The notes below the pieces were generated by a model. The model made no database searches. It had not been told where the DNA came from and saw nothing but the letters and a program-made list of their open reading frames with translations. DNA of 63,790 nt, counting the filler, from Rhabdomonas costata (taxonomy: Eukaryota): NCBI GenBank assembly GCA_019059605.1. It is 33 parts of 33 records of this genome, joined end to end, with 100 filler letters (N's around TTAATTAATTAA, not from the genome) between each part and the next. Parts side by side here need not be neighbours in the genome. Positions count along the whole stretch, not along the records: positions 32,928 to 34,764 come from JAHMHO010008402.1; positions 34,865 to 36,700 come from JAHMHO010008403.1; positions 36,801 to 38,636 come from JAHMHO010008404.1; positions 38,737 to 40,557 come from JAHMHO010008405.1; positions 40,658 to 42,493 come from JAHMHO010008406.1; positions 42,594 to 44,431 come from JAHMHO010008407.1; positions 44,532 to 46,367 come from JAHMHO010008408.1; 26 more parts are not named here. The stretch is one strand, 5' to 3'. Position numbers and translations under genes: made by a program. Of this stretch, positions 33,801 through 46,359 are shown one piece after another. Position 1 is the stretch's first letter. Each line of letters starts with the position of its first letter.

Positions 33801-36800
33801 CTGCAGAATATCAGAGAGTGGGCCATCATCACCTGCTCTGCAATTGCTTCCAGTGCAAGACATGAACGGCAGCAATTTAAGTCTTTGCACAAAACAATTC
33901 ATACACCTTCATACATCGCCACAGCAGGCTCACACATTCACGCTTTCTCGCATCAAGAAAAAGCGAAAGCCATCCTCATCAAACAATTGCAGCAGGACAG
34001 AGCGGTTTGGCTCAACACAGGCATCAGGAAAACAACGAGGGGAAAAGGTGAAAGAGAAACATGAAATGAAGAGTGTCTTCATTCCTTTTCTTTGGTTGCA
34101 GGAATTCAAAAACAGATGGGACACAGGCGACAGGCTCTTAAGCCGCGCTCTTAGCTGCGTCCACGTTACGCTCTATTGTGTGCTAGCACTCAAAGAGCGC
34201 ATAAAAATCGCAGAGAATGAGCTTCGCGCAAATAATCTTGGTGTGGCTCTGTCCTCCTCGCACAGGAACCTTGAAGACGGGAGGTTATCAGCCACACCGA
34301 AATGTTTTGCGACATTATGAGGGAACCCCAAGCTTTCGGTGTCCTGGGTGGGGGGTGCTGCCGGGTGGGTTTTGTCATTTCGTGATTGTGTGTGTCTGGT
34401 CAGACTCAGGGCCGTGGGTCGAGGTGTTATCGTTTCTGGAAATCCAGGGGGTCCAGTTCGCATCAACCATGATTAACACTTTACGCGACCGAGACGCATG
34501 GTACAGGCAATAAAAAAGAGCGAAAATTACGTCCTCAACAAAATTATGTTCGCGAGACAAACGCTTGCCAGCGGGTGCTGAACGGAAAAGGTACGCTGAA
34601 GGAAGGAGGGAACACAGGGCTCAGCCTCGCCTGGCACTCATCCCAGCCTCTGACTGAAACAACTGCTGGTGGAACCTTCATCTTGCTGCTGAACTCCTCT
34701 TGAGGGCTTTCAGGCCACTCCAAGAACGCAAGGATCCCCTTAGCACTGCTGAACTTTTTTTTTTNNNNNNNNNNNNNNNNNNNNNNNNNNNNNNNNNNNN
34801 NNNNNNNNTTAATTAATTAANNNNNNNNNNNNNNNNNNNNNNNNNNNNNNNNNNNNNNNNNNNNGGTTTTTTGTTAGGCGTGAGAATTGGTCTACCCTCG
34901 GCCTTCAAAACAAGGAGAAGGGGGCACTGTTTTTTATCTTGTGCATGGGGATGTGAGGATACTCTGCGAAGGCATGAGGTATGAGGTTGCGCAGCGGCGA
35001 ATGTCTGGGGCCCCGCGTTCTTTTTCATCGCCCCGCGTTTCCAGGCCCCAGGTTTTGACATAGCGTGGATGGATATGAGTGAAAAATTGAGTCAGAAGGT
35101 GCCCTTGCACCTGCGTGTGGGCGGACGAGCGGTGGCTTGCTGCCTGACCCAAGGACAGCACGGCGATAACCGTATGAGTGTGGGGATGGGGGTGTATGCT
35201 AGGATGTGATTGGGGTGACAGTGCCTGCATGTGATGGCAACGAATGACTCACTGTGTTTTTTAATCGAATTTTTCGCCTGCTGAGAGGCTGCGCTTGTCT
35301 TTTTTCTGGATTTCAGGATTTGGTAGGGAACTGGGCACCTCTGCCTGCTGCCTTTTGTGTCGCCCTTTGTACTCGGTTGGGCTTCTGGATTGCCCCCCCC
35401 CCCTCGCCGCCGGCCTACCGGCTTCTCCATTACTGGCACCTTTTTACCTTTTGACTCATGTGGCTCCCTGAGTTCGTTTTTTGTGTGCCGGGGAAAATTG
35501 TGCCTGCCTCGTTACTCGCTGCGACTTCTTTATGTACAAAGCTCTTTCGACGGGGAGACGAGAGCAATCTTTTGTTCACCAGTAATACCCTCCACTCGAT
35601 GTTTGTGACCTTCTTTCGCTCTTGTTGGAAGGGTGCGAATGGTGGAAGGAATGGTGTCCATTTTCGAGCCGATTGGCTCTTGCCCTTTCGCGAAGGGGGA
35701 AGCAAGAGGTGCCAAGGGACACCACAACCGCCTGAGGGTAAGGTCAGGGAATGCTGCTGTATGTACTGAACCTCGCAAAGCCTGCTTCGGCGTCCCCCTC
35801 AATTGTGTTTCTCGGAGACCGGTTTCTCAGCACTGATTGACTGACACAAAAATGCTCACCTGCAATACTGTGAATGTATGTGGGTGTGGAAGTTGCTTCG
35901 CTGTCATGCTTTAGCCCTAAATATGGCCTTTCCTTCCTTATCTGCCCATCTCTCTGTTTCCGCCATCGGGAAAATCGGTTTTTCCTTCATCGAGGATAAC
36001 CGGACTCTCAAGGACGTACACCAAAAAAATAGAGCGTTCACGTCCTGGAACGCGCATGCGGAGGCGGTGCGCACCCGCATTGGGACACTGCCTGATAAGG
36101 TGCTGCGCTGGCAGTGCCCCGCTCAGCAATAAAGCAAGATACATACCCATACGCGCATGGCCTAATCTTAACAACTATCCTTCAAAAGAGAGCATTTTTG
36201 GATTGCGACAAAGGGCCGAATGAAAAACGAAGCAATTGAACAGCATTCAACAGCTGATTAAAGGACTGAAGGGCCTCCGTCTCACCACGGGGGGGGGGCG
36301 GTTTGCCTCGGTTGTGGTCAGTCAAGGGAAGATTCGAGGCGTTTTGGCCCCACGGGTATGGTTTTTGTGGAAAATCAGGCAACCATTTTTGGGGGCTTGC
36401 TCGCGGGAATTGCGCCACTGGCTTCTCCCTGCCTCCCCCCTTTTGCCTGCTGCGACTGGAGAAAACTTGGGATTCATCCGCCCTCAGATCTAGAATCCTC
36501 GAACAGTATTGACCAGTATTGACAGTAGAATGCAGCGAGGGGCGAGTTCCCCCACCCTTCGGCACCCATGCCTCATAAGAAGAGTGAAAGCCGTGCCTCG
36601 AACACCTGAGTACCGTTCTTTCCTTTTGTCTGATGACATCGCGAGTCCCAATCTCTCCACCCGTCCATGTTTGCGCTTTCACCTCCATCCCCACACCCCC
36701 NNNNNNNNNNNNNNNNNNNNNNNNNNNNNNNNNNNNNNNNNNNNTTAATTAATTAANNNNNNNNNNNNNNNNNNNNNNNNNNNNNNNNNNNNNNNNNNNN

Positions 36801-36802
36801 GG

Positions 36803-37372
36803 TTGGCTCCCGTGTACCTCTCTCTCTACACTTCCCCTCCCGGTGGTTATCTTCTACCTCTCCGCACCTTCTCTTTCCTTCTTACGGCATTTCTTTATAC
36901 CCTGCTTCCAGCCCGTCCCCGACCCATCCCTCCATCAATAACCATGCCTCCCGTTTTTGTGGACGCTGCGCCATTTAGTTCCACTTTTCTAGTGTCTGCA
37001 TTCCGCCCTCGTTCCTTTGCGACCACTGTCCAGGTCCCCGCATGGGTGAGCTCTCAGCAAGACGCTGAGCTCTATGCCACCTTCCATGCTCTCCGTCTTT
37101 CCTTTCGCACACCCCATAGAGCCGGAATTCTGCGCCGCATACTCCGCCTCTGTTTCGCGGAAAATCTTGACATGCAAGTGGTACATGTGCCATCCTCCCA
37201 CAACCCCGCGGACCCATTTTCCCGGCCAGAACGCATCTCATCGACACCAGCCATTGACTTTCCACCACCTCACAAGTTACACATTCCTCCTATACCTACG
37301 CTCCCTGCCTCCCTGCCCTGTGGCATAGATTATTATCTTCTGTCTGACGCTCCGAGTTTCCCACTGCGATGA
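36803..37372 (+). mobile_element. RNase H domain of a DIRS/Ngaro-like retrotransposon, internally deleted
   Basis: Intronless C/T-rich ORF with PPVFVDAAP (first Asp), SQQDAELYA (Glu) and VVHVPSSHNPADPFSR (terminal 'N.AD..SR'). The middle 'DN' strand is missing. Confidence 0.7.
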
Positions 37373-37612
37373 GTGTGCGTTCTGAGCATTTTTTCCACTC
37401 CCTGCGCTAACTGAAGTTTCAATTGAAACACTTGTTTGAGGTGAGCCGTCGTCCTGCTGTTCCCAAGGGTATTGCCTTCCCTGATCAAAGTGCAAGCTTG
37501 GTGGTGAGGCCTTTGCATTTCTATTTTTATTCTCAAAAGAACATTGCTTGCCTTCGTGCATCCTGCCCCACACAACTCAGATGGTGGTGGTGATGGAGGA
37601 GCGGCAGCGCAC

Positions 37613-37815
37613 CAAGGATGGTCTTGATCTCGGGAATCCCGGAGCCCGCAGCGTACCCCGAGAAGGTCGTCACCAGCCATGCTGAGAGGGATGCCAAGCC
37701 CACCGCAATCCCCGCGTAGCACAGGAACCCCACTCCCCTCGAAAGGACGGCGCCAGAGACCGAGAGGAGCTCAGGCCAAGACTTCCACTGGTCACATGCG
37801 GTCTCGAACTGATGC
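37613..37815 (-). CDS. Internal exon of a CLC-3/4/5-type chloride channel/exchanger
   Basis: ctgcag|G ... G|gtgcgc; HQFETACDQWKSWPELLS...GFLCYAGIAVGLASLSAWLVTTFSGYAAGSGIPEIKTILG, with the GSGIPE motif and the C.QW..W element of the CLC-3/4/5 branch. Confidence 0.93.
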
Positions 37816-38826
37816 CTGCAGCACAGCTGAACGCAAAGAGCGGAACAGCGCTAAGCAAAGTCTATATTTATCGAAAAGCATTTAGGAAGGTCATACATAG
37901 GTGGTTTGGTGGTGAAACCAATCGTACCTGCGTTACATCATAGTCCCACTTGAAAACGTTTCATTCGTTTACGGTTACGGAGAAGGCACCCCCCACGCCA
38001 AAGACCACCACAAACTAGCAACCATCTGGGGGTGTTGCGGTTAACTCGGTGGGACACACAGCACGTGCATTCATCATACAACTCATGATTTCCTTAACTC
38101 CTAGCTCACACGGAGGTCGCCCCATTTGCTCTCAGTGTCTGACGCAGTGCGATCTGTGTGTTTTCGCTTTATGCGCGCGCCTCCATCCATCGCAGTGGTC
38201 TCTTCCCTGCCGGCGCCCACGTCTATGTTGTGCTTTCGTTTCTTGTCTGTGTTTTTGGGTAAATAGAGACCACGTTGGCGGGTTCCTCACTTTGCCCGTT
38301 TCAGGTACGGTTAATTCGTTTTCAACTAGCTCGCAGTGATTAAGGGCCGGGGGCGCGACGACCCAAAGCGAGCTGACAAAAAAAGAAAGCTCTCGGTAAA
38401 AAAAATGTTGCGGTCATCGGTTTTGCTCCATTGTTCTTCTTTTCAAACCTCAACCTCAAAAGCCTGTGTTGCGCTAGTGTGTGACTTGATATGGGAGGCT
38501 TGTTAAACCACTGTTGGACATATCCCTCGACGCCCACCCACACTATTGCTCCCCTCCCTTCCCATCACATCACCTCCGCAACCGAAAAGGCAACCTTCCA
38601 CAACCCCGTCCTCAGACCTGTACAAACCCCCACAACNNNNNNNNNNNNNNNNNNNNNNNNNNNNNNNNNNNNNNNNNNNNTTAATTAATTAANNNNNNNN
38701 NNNNNNNNNNNNNNNNNNNNNNNNNNNNNNNNNNNNCGATTTCTGCTTCTGTTGCTTAACCGTCTTTCCCACGGGTGAGTGAGCGTGTGTGTATGCGTGT
38801 ACGTGTGCGCTTCCGTGAAATTACAG

Positions 38827-40557
38827 GGTTTGATTGGGTGGATGCTGGGCTTTCTCGCGGCGGAGGAGGAGACCCACCGCCAGCGAGAGGAGCTGGCGGA
38901 ACGGGAGGCCATGGAACTGCTGAGTATGGTCGCTGCCTCTGAGGTGTCTTTGCGTGATTCTCCTGTGCACCCAAAAGAATCTTGGAGCGGTGCGGTATGG
39001 CAACGATCTTCGACTAAGGTTCATTTTCGTATAAGGCTGCACGGGTTCAACCCAGTAAAGCGGCATTGGATATGTGTTGGGTGCCATTAATGAAAGTTTG
39101 CCAAGGGAAGCCCGTTCCCATATGCATTTGTGCGTCTGCTCCGCCAGCTCGACTCTTTGTTTTGAGCGTGCCTGCCCCCTCAATCGCTGTCCGACATTCC
39201 GTGTCTTTTCGCCTCGGTGGGTTGAGAACCTGTTTGGAGGGTATGCCAGAATAGCTCTGATGCGGCTTTGCTCGTATGAGCAAGGAGTCAGGTTTTGGCA
39301 TTGTTTGCAGACCGCATCTTGCCGTACACCTTTCCGACCCACCCCCTTTTTCTTTCAGGTTCGGCGGCTGGAGGGCACCTCCCGCTGCACCTCCTCGTAT
39401 CTCGCGGAGGCGGAAATTCAGACGGAGATGACCTCGCACCAAGTCGGGGAGCTTGTGGACAAGGCGTGTGTGTGAGTGCGCGCGCGTGTGTGTAATTTGC
39501 ATACGTGCCATATGTGTTTGCCTTGTGGGTTTGGCGGGTGGTTTCCATTGTGTCTTTGGAAAACACGGCAGAGATGCCGTTTGCGTGCTCTTTCAACGGT
39601 CTTTGCGGAGACGACCGGTCCATGTCTTTTTTCGGGAAGTCGGCCTCCGCGGGGGAAAACAGGCAGCTTCTTCTTCTTCTTTGTTCTGGGGCGCCTTGTC
39701 AAAGAGTTGTCTCTTCTTTTGTTTTGGTCTGTGGTATTTTTTTGCAAGGGGAAGCCGTTCAGCATCAATCACCATTAAAAGTTCAAAAATTCGGCATCTA
39801 AAACTAAAAGGACGGCGTCTGGGAGGCATTTGGGGTGCAGCGATACAGTTTTCCCAACCCCCTTTTTGAAAAATCTCTTCATCTTGTGTTGCATGCGCAC
39901 ATTACCAAAAATACGTAAAATGCGTTCCCCAAAGCACCAATGGTTTTTGTATTTATTGGTGATAGCTTCAGCTTTTAACACTGTTGAACGACAAAAGTCA
40001 ATTTCTGCTTGATCCCCCTGGCGCGTCCCTGTCTCAATCGTCCGCTGACCTCCGCCCCGAAAAGAACGCTCTCTCAATCGATCTACAACGTTTCCAACGA
40101 TCCAACGATCCAACGATCCAAAACGTTTAAAGCCGAAGAACCTTTAACACCCCCTCCCCAAATACAATTATCACCAGCTTCGGTTCTGGCAGAGAGCAGA
40201 TTGCTTTTGTGCGCAAATTATACCAGTGGAGCCGGTCAGCAGAATACTTTGGTTTCAGATTACTGATGACGCTACCCCAGAGGAACACAGACGTGATGGA
40301 GCTCGTTTTCTCCAACGTTTTTGCCCTCAGTGCTTCCCACTCTCTTCGTACATTTCGTACGTGGACTTTGGATTCGCTTTCCTCTATTCCCTGTGCATAG
40401 TGGCTCTATAACCTACCTCGCTCATTCTTTCTACCCCACAGGTGCAGCGGCTGTCGGGGAAAGTTCCTGTGGCGAACCCCGCGAAGTACGCCGACGGGCT
40501 GGACGTGGAGCAGCAAAGGGCCCCCTTGAACTACGCCCCGCCCAAGGAGAGCATGGC
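38827..40557 (+). CDS. Four exons (38827-38943, 39359-39465, 40259-40329, 40442-40557) of an unknown, partly coiled-coil protein
   Basis: All YAG acceptors and GTGY donors, phases 0/2/1 consistent, open spliced frame: GLIGWMLGFLAAEEETHRQREELAEREAMELL...VDKALLMTLPQRNTDVMELVFSNVFALSAAAVGKVPVANPAKYADG. Confidence 0.65.
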
Positions 40558-40997
40558 NNNNNNNNNNNNNNNNNNNNNNNNNNNNNNNNNNNNNNNNNNN
40601 NTTAATTAATTAANNNNNNNNNNNNNNNNNNNNNNNNNNNNNNNNNNNNNNNNNNNNTTTGTGTGTGCATGTGTGCATGTGTGTGTTGCTAGGGGTGAGC
40701 GAATTCTGCATGTCGAGATAGTCGGGGAATACAGGTTCGGGGGTTGGGGGTGATAGTGACCAGTCGTGTAACCTCCTCGTTGTCGAGATTTGCAGAAAGC
40801 TAGAAAGCTGGGTTGTCGTAATCCGTCTTTTTCTTTTCCGTGCTGTGCCCAATGCTGGAATTGACTTGAAATGGGCAATTACCTTCTGTTTCGCCCTGGA
40901 GCTGTCTTCTCGTTTTCTTTTGGACAATGTAATGACTGCTGGTGCATCGCTTTCGGCTCTGATTTTGGCCGAATGAATGCCTCCCCACTCCTAACAG

Positions 40998-41980
40998 AAT
41001 CCGAACAATCCCACGGCTAAGGAGCGCTTCCAGCGCGTGGGGGAGGCCTACCAAGTCCTGGGGAACGAGGAGCTCCGCGCTCGCTATGACACCAGGTGCA
41101 AGGGCTGCATTCACCACGCTCAGAACCAAAACCAGCACGCTCACAAGCGCACTCGCACTCCCATACATTGCCTCTTGCCGCTTGCACGTCCCTTCACATC
41201 TGGATAGCGCGTTTGCAGTGGACAGGCAGCGTAATTTCATGTTCTACCAATCTTCCCAAATGCTTTGCTTTGCAAACATCGGCAACATTCACACTCATTG
41301 GGAATCGTGCGTTTGCGTGTTTCTGTCGGCGTTGGGGCAGTACCAAGCTCGGAGCCAGCCTCATCTGGGTTTATAGAGGGGCAGCACTTTCCTTCCTAGC
41401 TCGGGAACTCTTCGTCGTATAGGCTAAGCACACCGTTGGAATGTCCCTGTGAATTGAATCTCTGTGAACCTCCTCTTTTGATGAGATGGCACTTGTATAT
41501 ATACTCACGTGATCGGTTTCTCCTGAGCATAGGCTTATGCCTCCGTTCTCTCTCAAGGAGTTTTTTGTTTGCATTTTTGGCTCTTGTCCAGCGCCTCAAC
41601 ACTCGCACGTACCTTCGCACATGGTTGGGGCGCCTGTAGTGGACAGTCGGCATAATTTTTTGTTCCAGCATAACGGCAAACTTCGAAATCATAGGGAATC
41701 GGGAGGGTGCGTGACCCTGAGCCCTACGGAGCACCACCTCAGGGGAGAGTGTCACCAAACTGACAGTGAAATTCCCAACGGTATGGATGCGGTGGCATTT
41801 TGTTGTGTTGTCCGCAGCGGGGCTTCTGCGGTGGAGGACCACAGCTTCGTGGACTGCTCCGCGTTCTTTGCGATGCTCTTCGGGGATGAGAAGTTCGACC
41901 ACCTCGTGGGCAGGCTTTCCCTGGCCATGGTGGTGGGTTCTGGGGTGGAGCTTTCCGCTGAGGAGAGGGAGAAGCTTCAG
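40998..41980 (+). CDS. DnaJ protein of the Djp1/ATJ10 (J + X domain) type (exons 40998-41095, 41818-41980)
   Basis: NPNNPTAKERFQRVGEAYQVLGNEELRARYDT (J-domain helices III-IV) joined to GASAVEDHSFVDCSAFFAMLFGDEKFDHLVGRLSLA ('D...fF.mlFG.e.F...vG.l.la'). Confidence 0.85.
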
Positions 41981-42613
41981 GCACGTACCCTCTGGATTGC
42001 TCCCTGCATCGCATCATTCTTGACTCTGATTTCTTCCGGAAGACGGCCTCCTGCAAAAGATGTCGGCCTTCACCACAATCTATTCCGGAGGGTGGGACAT
42101 TGAGGGAGAAGGGTGCGCATATTGATATGTATTGATATTATAGCGCATAATGCCGTAAACGGGCCATATGTGATTTAAACCATTTTAAACAAATAGCAAA
42201 ATTTCCAACAAATACGGGGTGCGAATCGTTCTTCGCCGGAGGTCGGCGTCGCGCGCCATGAGAGAAATACCATGTTTCTATGTCGCCTTTCGGTGTGCCG
42301 TATGCAGAGATACCTTTTCCCAACAAACGTGCTGCTGAAATTTTACCTTTTACCAGACACTCCACAGTCCACTTTTTTCCTAGGAAATATCGCTTGTAAT
42401 GTAAAAACGCCTCCTTTAAAGTACATTTCAAAAACTCTCACATTCAAGGTCTCGTGAACGATATCTACACACAAAACACACAACCACCCCCCCNNNNNNN
42501 NNNNNNNNNNNNNNNNNNNNNNNNNNNNNNNNNNNNNTTAATTAATTAANNNNNNNNNNNNNNNNNNNNNNNNNNNNNNNNNNNNNNNNNNNNAGAATAC
42601 GCACGCATAGTAC

Positions 42614-42898
42614 CGTGAGATAGCGAGGGGTGATGCGCTTCTTCTTGTTGTCTCGGGAAGCATTTCCAGCGAGCTCCAGAAGCTCAGCGGACAGATACTC
42701 CAGAACGGCAGCCAGGTACACGCCGGCGCCCTTTCCGACGCGGGTAGCAAACCTCCCCTGCTTGATGAGGCGCGCAGTGCGGGTCACAGGGAAGGTCAGT
42801 CCGGCCTTCTTGGAGTTTCCGGAACCGCCGGCCTTGCCCTTCTTCCCGGGGGTCTTTGCGCCCTTCTTGTCCTTTCCCTTCGGCGTTGGGGTCGACAT
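42614..42898 (-). CDS. H2A: Histone H2A, first exon (95 codons), followed by an intron running off the contig
   Basis: [12 protein letters not shown]...[10 protein letters not shown]...[39 protein letters not shown]; homology stops exactly at ACG|gtacta. Confidence 0.95.
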
Positions 42899-45800
42899 TT
42901 TGGAACGAGATCAGCCGCACAAATGGTAACGCCTCAACGGGCAGGAAAGGAAGTGCTTCGTGCTTCATGAAATGACAGAAGTATGCTGGAAAAAATGCAG
43001 TAAAATTAGTTAATTTGAAGAATTACTAGCCGAAACAAACGCACATCTAGAGCTTTCCACAATGATTCCACAACGTTCTACTACTTCTGGTTCTCGGGAT
43101 CACCACATCTTCTCGTATTCCCGCTCAGTGTGTTGCTTCTTGAACCACAATTTGGAATTCATAAAGAGAAAGGCAGTGCGTGATGTGGTAAGTGCGGGGA
43201 GCAAGTTGCGGACTTCAGAAGCCTGGTGGGCTCCCAACTGCAGCACGCCCAGCAGGTGAAGAAGGAGTTTGGTGTAGTGGGAGCGCGGAGAAGAGCTCGT
43301 CGAAGAACTCTTAGCTCTTGCTAATTCCTCGCATAGCCCATTCGATCCCTCTCCTCCTACGCTGACGACGCCACCCTCGGCGACCGCGTACGAGGAGACC
43401 ATGGGTTCATGACCATGGGTCCATGACCCTGGGTTCCTCTTATTGGGTTGAACCGACCTACCATTGTGTACGGTGGTTGTACACTACTCTGAGAGGCCTG
43501 CAACCATTGCCACTGCCACTACGCATGGTTCGTCAGCCGGCTCACCTCTCAAGTCGTGTGTACTACGCGCAGATATACGTACCATGACGCTTACTGTTCC
43601 ACCGTTCATCGTTCGCTTAACCTCATCATGGGGCTGCTTTACACACGTATTGCCACCTGATGACACCGTAGATCGTGCGCCTCGGCTCAACTTCACCTCA
43701 TGAGTCCATGGGTTACTGACCTCGTGAGCATCGTCCTAGTTGTATTCGTGCAGAAGCGTATTGTGAGGAAAGTCCTTTCTACCTTGTCCTGGATCCGCAG
43801 ACCCTTAGCTAGCCCCAGAATCGCGAATTCCCAACCCAACCCAAAGACCGAAATCCGAACCCACGACTGAAACGCGAAGACCAACCCCAGAAGCTGAAAG
43901 AAAACAGAGAGAGCAAGCAGAACCCAAGGAGGCAAAGACGAATTGTGACCCCACGCGGAATTGAAAACCGACACGGGTTGGGTGCCATTAACTAGCTGGC
44001 TACGGTTCGGTGTGGGCGTCATCTTGGGTTGAGTAGCATTCCTGTGTTTGTTTGGTCCCTGATGGTCACTGCGTTTCTTTTGGTGGGTTCTCTTCTGGTG
44101 CTTGGTGTGGCGATAACGGGTGTGCTTGTGGATCGGAACTATGAGGCAGGTGTGTAGGACGGTTGCTTGGTGGTGATCCAGTGTTGTAGCAGCATCTCTT
44201 TTGGTTCTTTTGACAGCGTGAAGTGTGGATCGTTATCTTACCCATCTTTGGTTTGGTGTCGGGTTCTTTGCGCGATGTGTTTGGACGTGAGGGTACGGTG
44301 CACATGTCTGGATCGGGGTCGTCGGCTTCTGCGTATGGGCACCAGATGGTTATCGTGGGGTTGGATGTGGATTCTCGTGCTTAGTTTAGTGCTGCGACTT
44401 CGGTGGTGTAGATTCCTACATCTGTCAAGGTNNNNNNNNNNNNNNNNNNNNNNNNNNNNNNNNNNNNNNNNNNNNTTAATTAATTAANNNNNNNNNNNNN
44501 NNNNNNNNNNNNNNNNNNNNNNNNNNNNNNNCGTCCAGGTCCGCTGCGGTCTCGTTCTCATAAGCACAGCTAGTCTTCAGCTGCTTGATGAGCTTTTTTG
44601 TAAAAGAGATGGCCTGGTGGTGTAATCCGCCATGCGTGTCCGCGGTACACACGGAGTAAATTCAGTGCCAAGATGTTTCCGTCTCTGAATATGTCCCGCA
44701 TTTTTGAGCACACAGTGTCCGCGTGCTGGAGTTCCCGATCATCCTGGTGTGACCACTGGTGTTGAGCAGGGCATGCCGGGGGTGACCTCGTCCGGCTGGG
44801 CTCCAGCATTACCAAGGTTCCAAGGTCATGGTTTCGGGTAGGGGTAGCGGTCCGCGGCAGGCTCATGCATTTTCCATGTCTGCGGCTCCTGGTTACGCAG
44901 CAGAAGGTTGGTAAAAGCTTTGAAATAGAGGGGAGAGAGTGTTGTAAGAAGCCTGAATCGGCTACATCTCCGGCTGCCAGCAAAGCTGGTGGAGGAGTGT
45001 TCACCGAAAAAATGATTACACTCAGAAATCAGTGGCTTTGGTCGTGTATCATACAAATATTCTCAGTAGTTATTTATTATCTCATACTAGGTTAAAGCTA
45101 CAACCAACCACCAAAGGTTTCTACTTACCCACTAATCTAGATTCTGATTGATTCAAACACCTACATTAGGGAAGTGTTCAATTAGTTTCCCCACATATAC
45201 TTACTTTTCACGTGAGCATATTAACCACAATTATTCCTAATAGGCATGTTTCTTTTTGTTTTGGGGGACAAGACTCTACATCACACAACTCTACCTGCCG
45301 GTAGTGATCGGTTTGAAAGACCACTACCACCATGGCCGGTTACACTGATACCTTTAGCCCCAGCACTCTAATTCGGGGATCCTGCTGTACGACCTTTACC
45401 GGCATCTCGATAGAGTAAATGTCCTCGCACTTCTTCTATCCAAGAGATTCCGATGAGGTCAAAAGTATTTTTACTATTGTTTTGTGCATCTGGTCTCAAA
45501 AATGTTATGTACGTTTAGACACGCGCAGATCACATTTGATCATAGTTTTGGCCTAGGAGGCAAAATACGGTATTGAAACTAGCTTTGTGCGAGCAAGGCG
45601 CAGGGCTTTTTGGGATATCTCCTGTCATTTTAGACTTTTAGGTACACAGAGCGAAATTTCAGCCTAAAAACAATCTTATTGAACATTATATAAGAATGTT
45701 TTGGGTGCACTGGGTGCATATTCAACGCCAAACATCAGGCGACACAGTGACTGCTATGATTTTTTACCGCTCATTAACAAACTGCGTACTTTAACTGCTG

Positions 45801-46218
45801 CGATTAAAGTCTCATGTTGCGGTGGAGCCTACTATATAATGTGATCTTCTATGAGTTGAAAATATAATTGTTGCCTTTTTGGAATGATCGTTAAACTAGG
45901 CGCTTTAAAACTCGATGAAGCTGGAATTTTAGCCTAACGTAATACATACAGTTAGGAGAAAGTGAATTACTTTTTACTTGTATAAAAATAGTATTAAACT
46001 TGTTAGAGGAAACAAAATCTGCAGCACTTCGTAGAAACCAAAGCAAAATAACATGGGCATGACATTGACAATTTATATCAAGTTTGGAAATTGTAAAATG
46101 TACGCTGCAAAGATATAAATTATTTATCAAAAACACTTTAACAGTGCCAGTGTATAAAACTGGTATTGTCAACCAACCTACATCAAAGTACATGGTCAAT
46201 TCAATAAAAATTGGTTTT

Positions 46219-46359
46219 TGCATGTCGTAAAAAAACTCCAAACCTGTGTTGTGCGGACTATAATTTCAAGAAAACAAAAGAACATGAGGCAGGCAGCGTG
46301 TAATTTTCTTGAAATTATAGTCCGCACAACACAGGTTTGGAGTTTTTTTACGACATGCA
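46219..46359. repeat. 56-bp perfect inverted repeat with a 29-nt spacer at a contig end
   Basis: tgcatgtcgtaaaaaaactccaaacctgtgttgtgcggactataatttcaagaaaa (46219-46274) is the exact reverse complement of 46304-46359. Confidence 0.95.

Noticed and set aside
37736..37745. GAG acceptor in the CLC gene
   Set aside because: CLC homology extends upstream to a normal CAG acceptor at 37816-37818.
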